A stretch of 37,403 nucleotides of DNA from Candidatus Magasanikiibacteriota bacterium (lineage in GTDB: Bacteria > Patescibacteriota > Patescibacteriia > Magasanikbacterales > UBA922), in contig WJJZ01000009.1 of assembly GCA_014729395.1 (NCBI GenBank), forward strand, positions 1 through 37,403, written 5' to 3'. This document shows positions 35,590 to 37,403 of the stretch, in pieces. The position numbers and the translations under genes are program-made. Every line of letters begins with the position of its first letter. Positions within the stretch are counted from its first letter, which is position 1. The notes below the pieces were generated by a model. That model ran no database searches, had not been told where the DNA came from, and saw only the letters and a list, made by a program, of their open reading frames with translations.

Positions 35590-35708
35590 CCTCCTACGCC
35601 CTTCGTTTCACTTCGGGCTTCGGAGGACAAGTCCTTCTACTTTCAAAGAAATGTAGAATAAAAGGGACTTGTCCTCCGTAGCTCAAGCGGAGCGCAGAGC
35701 GTAGGAGG
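35590..35708 (+). other. Expanded 23S helix 63 containing a palindromic repeat
   Basis: CCTCCTACGC...GCTTCGGAGGACAAGTCC...GGACTTGTCCTCCGTAGC...GCGTAGGAGG long hairpin. Confidence 0.8.
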
Positions 35709-36434
35709 ACGCAGCTAAAGACTCCATGCGACTGTTTACCAAAAACACAGCTCCCTGCAAAAGCGCAAGCTGAAGTATAGGGGGCGATGCCTGGCCAGTG
35801 TCAGAACGTTAAGGGAGCGGGTTATTTGTCCTTGTGGCAAAGAAGCTTGCGACCGAAGCGCTGATGAACGCCGGCGGTAACTATAACCGTCCTAAGGTAG
35901 CGAAATTCCTTGTCGGGTGAGTTCCGACCCGCACGAATGGCATAACGGTGTGGAGACTGTCTTAACCATGTACTCGGCGAAAATACAAGAGTCGTGAAGA
36001 TGCGACTTACCCGCAGCTAGACGAAAAGACCCCGTGAAGCTTTACTACAACTTGACATTGGTATATTGTTTCACATGTTCAGCATAGGTGGGAGCCTTCG
36101 GGCGCCAGTGAGATACCACCCTTGTGTTGTGATATACCTAATCCAATGCCGTGAATCCGGCATGGGAGACAGTGTCTGGTGGGTAGTTTAACTGGGGCGG
36201 TTGCCTCCCAAATTGTAACGGAGGCGTTTACAAAGGTCGGCTTAGCCCGGATGGAAATCGGGCTGGACGTGCAAACGCAAAAGCCGGCTTTACTGCAAGG
36301 GCTACCACCCGCGCAGTCACGAAAGTGGAAGTTAGTGATCCGACCGTACGAAATAGGACGGCGGAAGCTCAACGGATAAAAGTTACTCCGGGGATAACAG
36401 GCTGATCACGCCCAAGCGTCCACAGCGACGGCGT

Positions 36435-36558
<124 letters not shown>

Positions 36559-36594
36559 CTATCTGCTGTGGGCGTTGAACGTTGAAGGAACTCA

Positions 36595-36636
<42 letters not shown>

Positions 36637-36680
36637 CCAGCTGTTCTGCCAAGGGCATTGCTGGGTAGCTAAGTTCGGTG

Positions 36681-36714
<34 letters not shown>

Positions 36715-36970
36715 GTTCCTAAGATTAACGTTCGTTATTAGACTCGTTCGAGACGAGGACGTTGATAGGCGCTAGGTGAAAGGTCCGCAAGGATTTTAGC
36801 CGAGGCGTACTAATATGTCGAGCGTACTACGGAAACACAAAGCTGTGCTTAAAAATAGATCGTGGCCAACAGCCGACCGCCAATTGATACTACCTACGGT
36901 TAATAAATATCCGTAATAGTGTCCGCTGGTAATTGGCAGTTGGTCTTTAAACAAAAAAAAGAAGGTCAAA

Positions 36971-37078
36971 TCTTGGTGGCTGTTGCGGTGGGGGTACACC
37001 CGTTCCCATCCCGAACACGGCAGTTAAGCCCACCAGCGCCGATGATAGCCGCAAGGCAAAAGTAGGTCGCCGCCAAGA
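36971..37078 (+). rRNA. rrf: 5S rRNA (short, about 108 nt)
   Basis: TCTTGGTGGC...CACCCGTTCCCATCCCGAACACGG.AGTTAAGC...AGTAGGTCGCCGCCAAGA. Confidence 0.97.
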
Positions 37079-37119
37079 TTTGACCTTTTTTTATACCACT
37101 AAACCAAAGGGAGGAAATC

Positions 37120-37403
37120 ATGAAAGGATTAAAGGTTGCAGTAGGTTCTGATCATGCCGGTTATAGATTGAAAAAACGTATTTGCAAATATTTAAATGAG
37201 CGTTCTGTAGCTGTTATTGATGTCGGACCGAACGAATTTAATCCTGATGATGACTATCCTGATTTTGCACATATTGTCGGTCAGATGGTTTCGCAAGGCG
37301 AGGTAGATTTTGGAGTTTTGGTGTGTGGAACAGGAAAGGGAATGGCAATTACTGCAAATAAATGGATAGGAGTTCGGGCAGTTACTGTGAAGGATTTATT
37401 TGA
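37120..37403 (+). CDS. rpiB: Second RpiB/LacA/LacB sugar-phosphate isomerase, 3'-truncated by window edge
   Basis: MKGLKVAVGSDHAG...DDYPD...GVLVCGTGKGMAITANK..GVRA; SD GGAGG; absent from the ORF track. Confidence 0.88.
   Translation, partial: MKGLKVAVGSDHAGYRLKKRICKYLNERSVAVIDVGPNEFNPDDDYPDFAHIVGQMVSQGEVDFGVLVCGTGKGMAITANKWIGVRAVTVKDLF

Overview
AT-rich chromosomal segment, most likely from a Patescibacteria/CPR (Parcubacteria-like) bacterium. The assignment is inferred from a tandem TrbC/VirB2-like pilin array, mostly SD-less genes, an unlinked 23S-5S locus and a shortened L1-stalk helix and 5S. It carries housekeeping genes (Xer-type recombinase, trxB, rpe, two rpiB, two hpt-like genes, type-2 ileS, U32/TrhP-like, ruvA, gyrA, rpsA, rlmH), three tRNAs (His-GTG, Arg-TCT, Leu-TAG), a 23S rRNA with several insertions, and 5S rRNA. 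The most striking unexplained structure is a set of short-period inverted tandem-repeat elements. An 11-bp-unit element (AATTATACAAT units followed by ATTGTATAATT units) occurs five times without a gene, and once with a four-helix-bundle (Avd/23S-IVP-like) gene placed between its two arms. Related 7-mer and 9-mer arrays sit at gene junctions, in-frame inside IleRS, and in the helix-45 intervening sequence of the 23S rRNA. Other highlights are an actinobacterial-type ultrashort-Stem-I ileS T-box riboswitch, a RimK ligase paired with a putative Zn glutamate-peptide hydrolase, and an unannotated 39-aa membrane peptide gene with its own promoter and terminator. All alignments and foldings were done by eye; no database searches were run.
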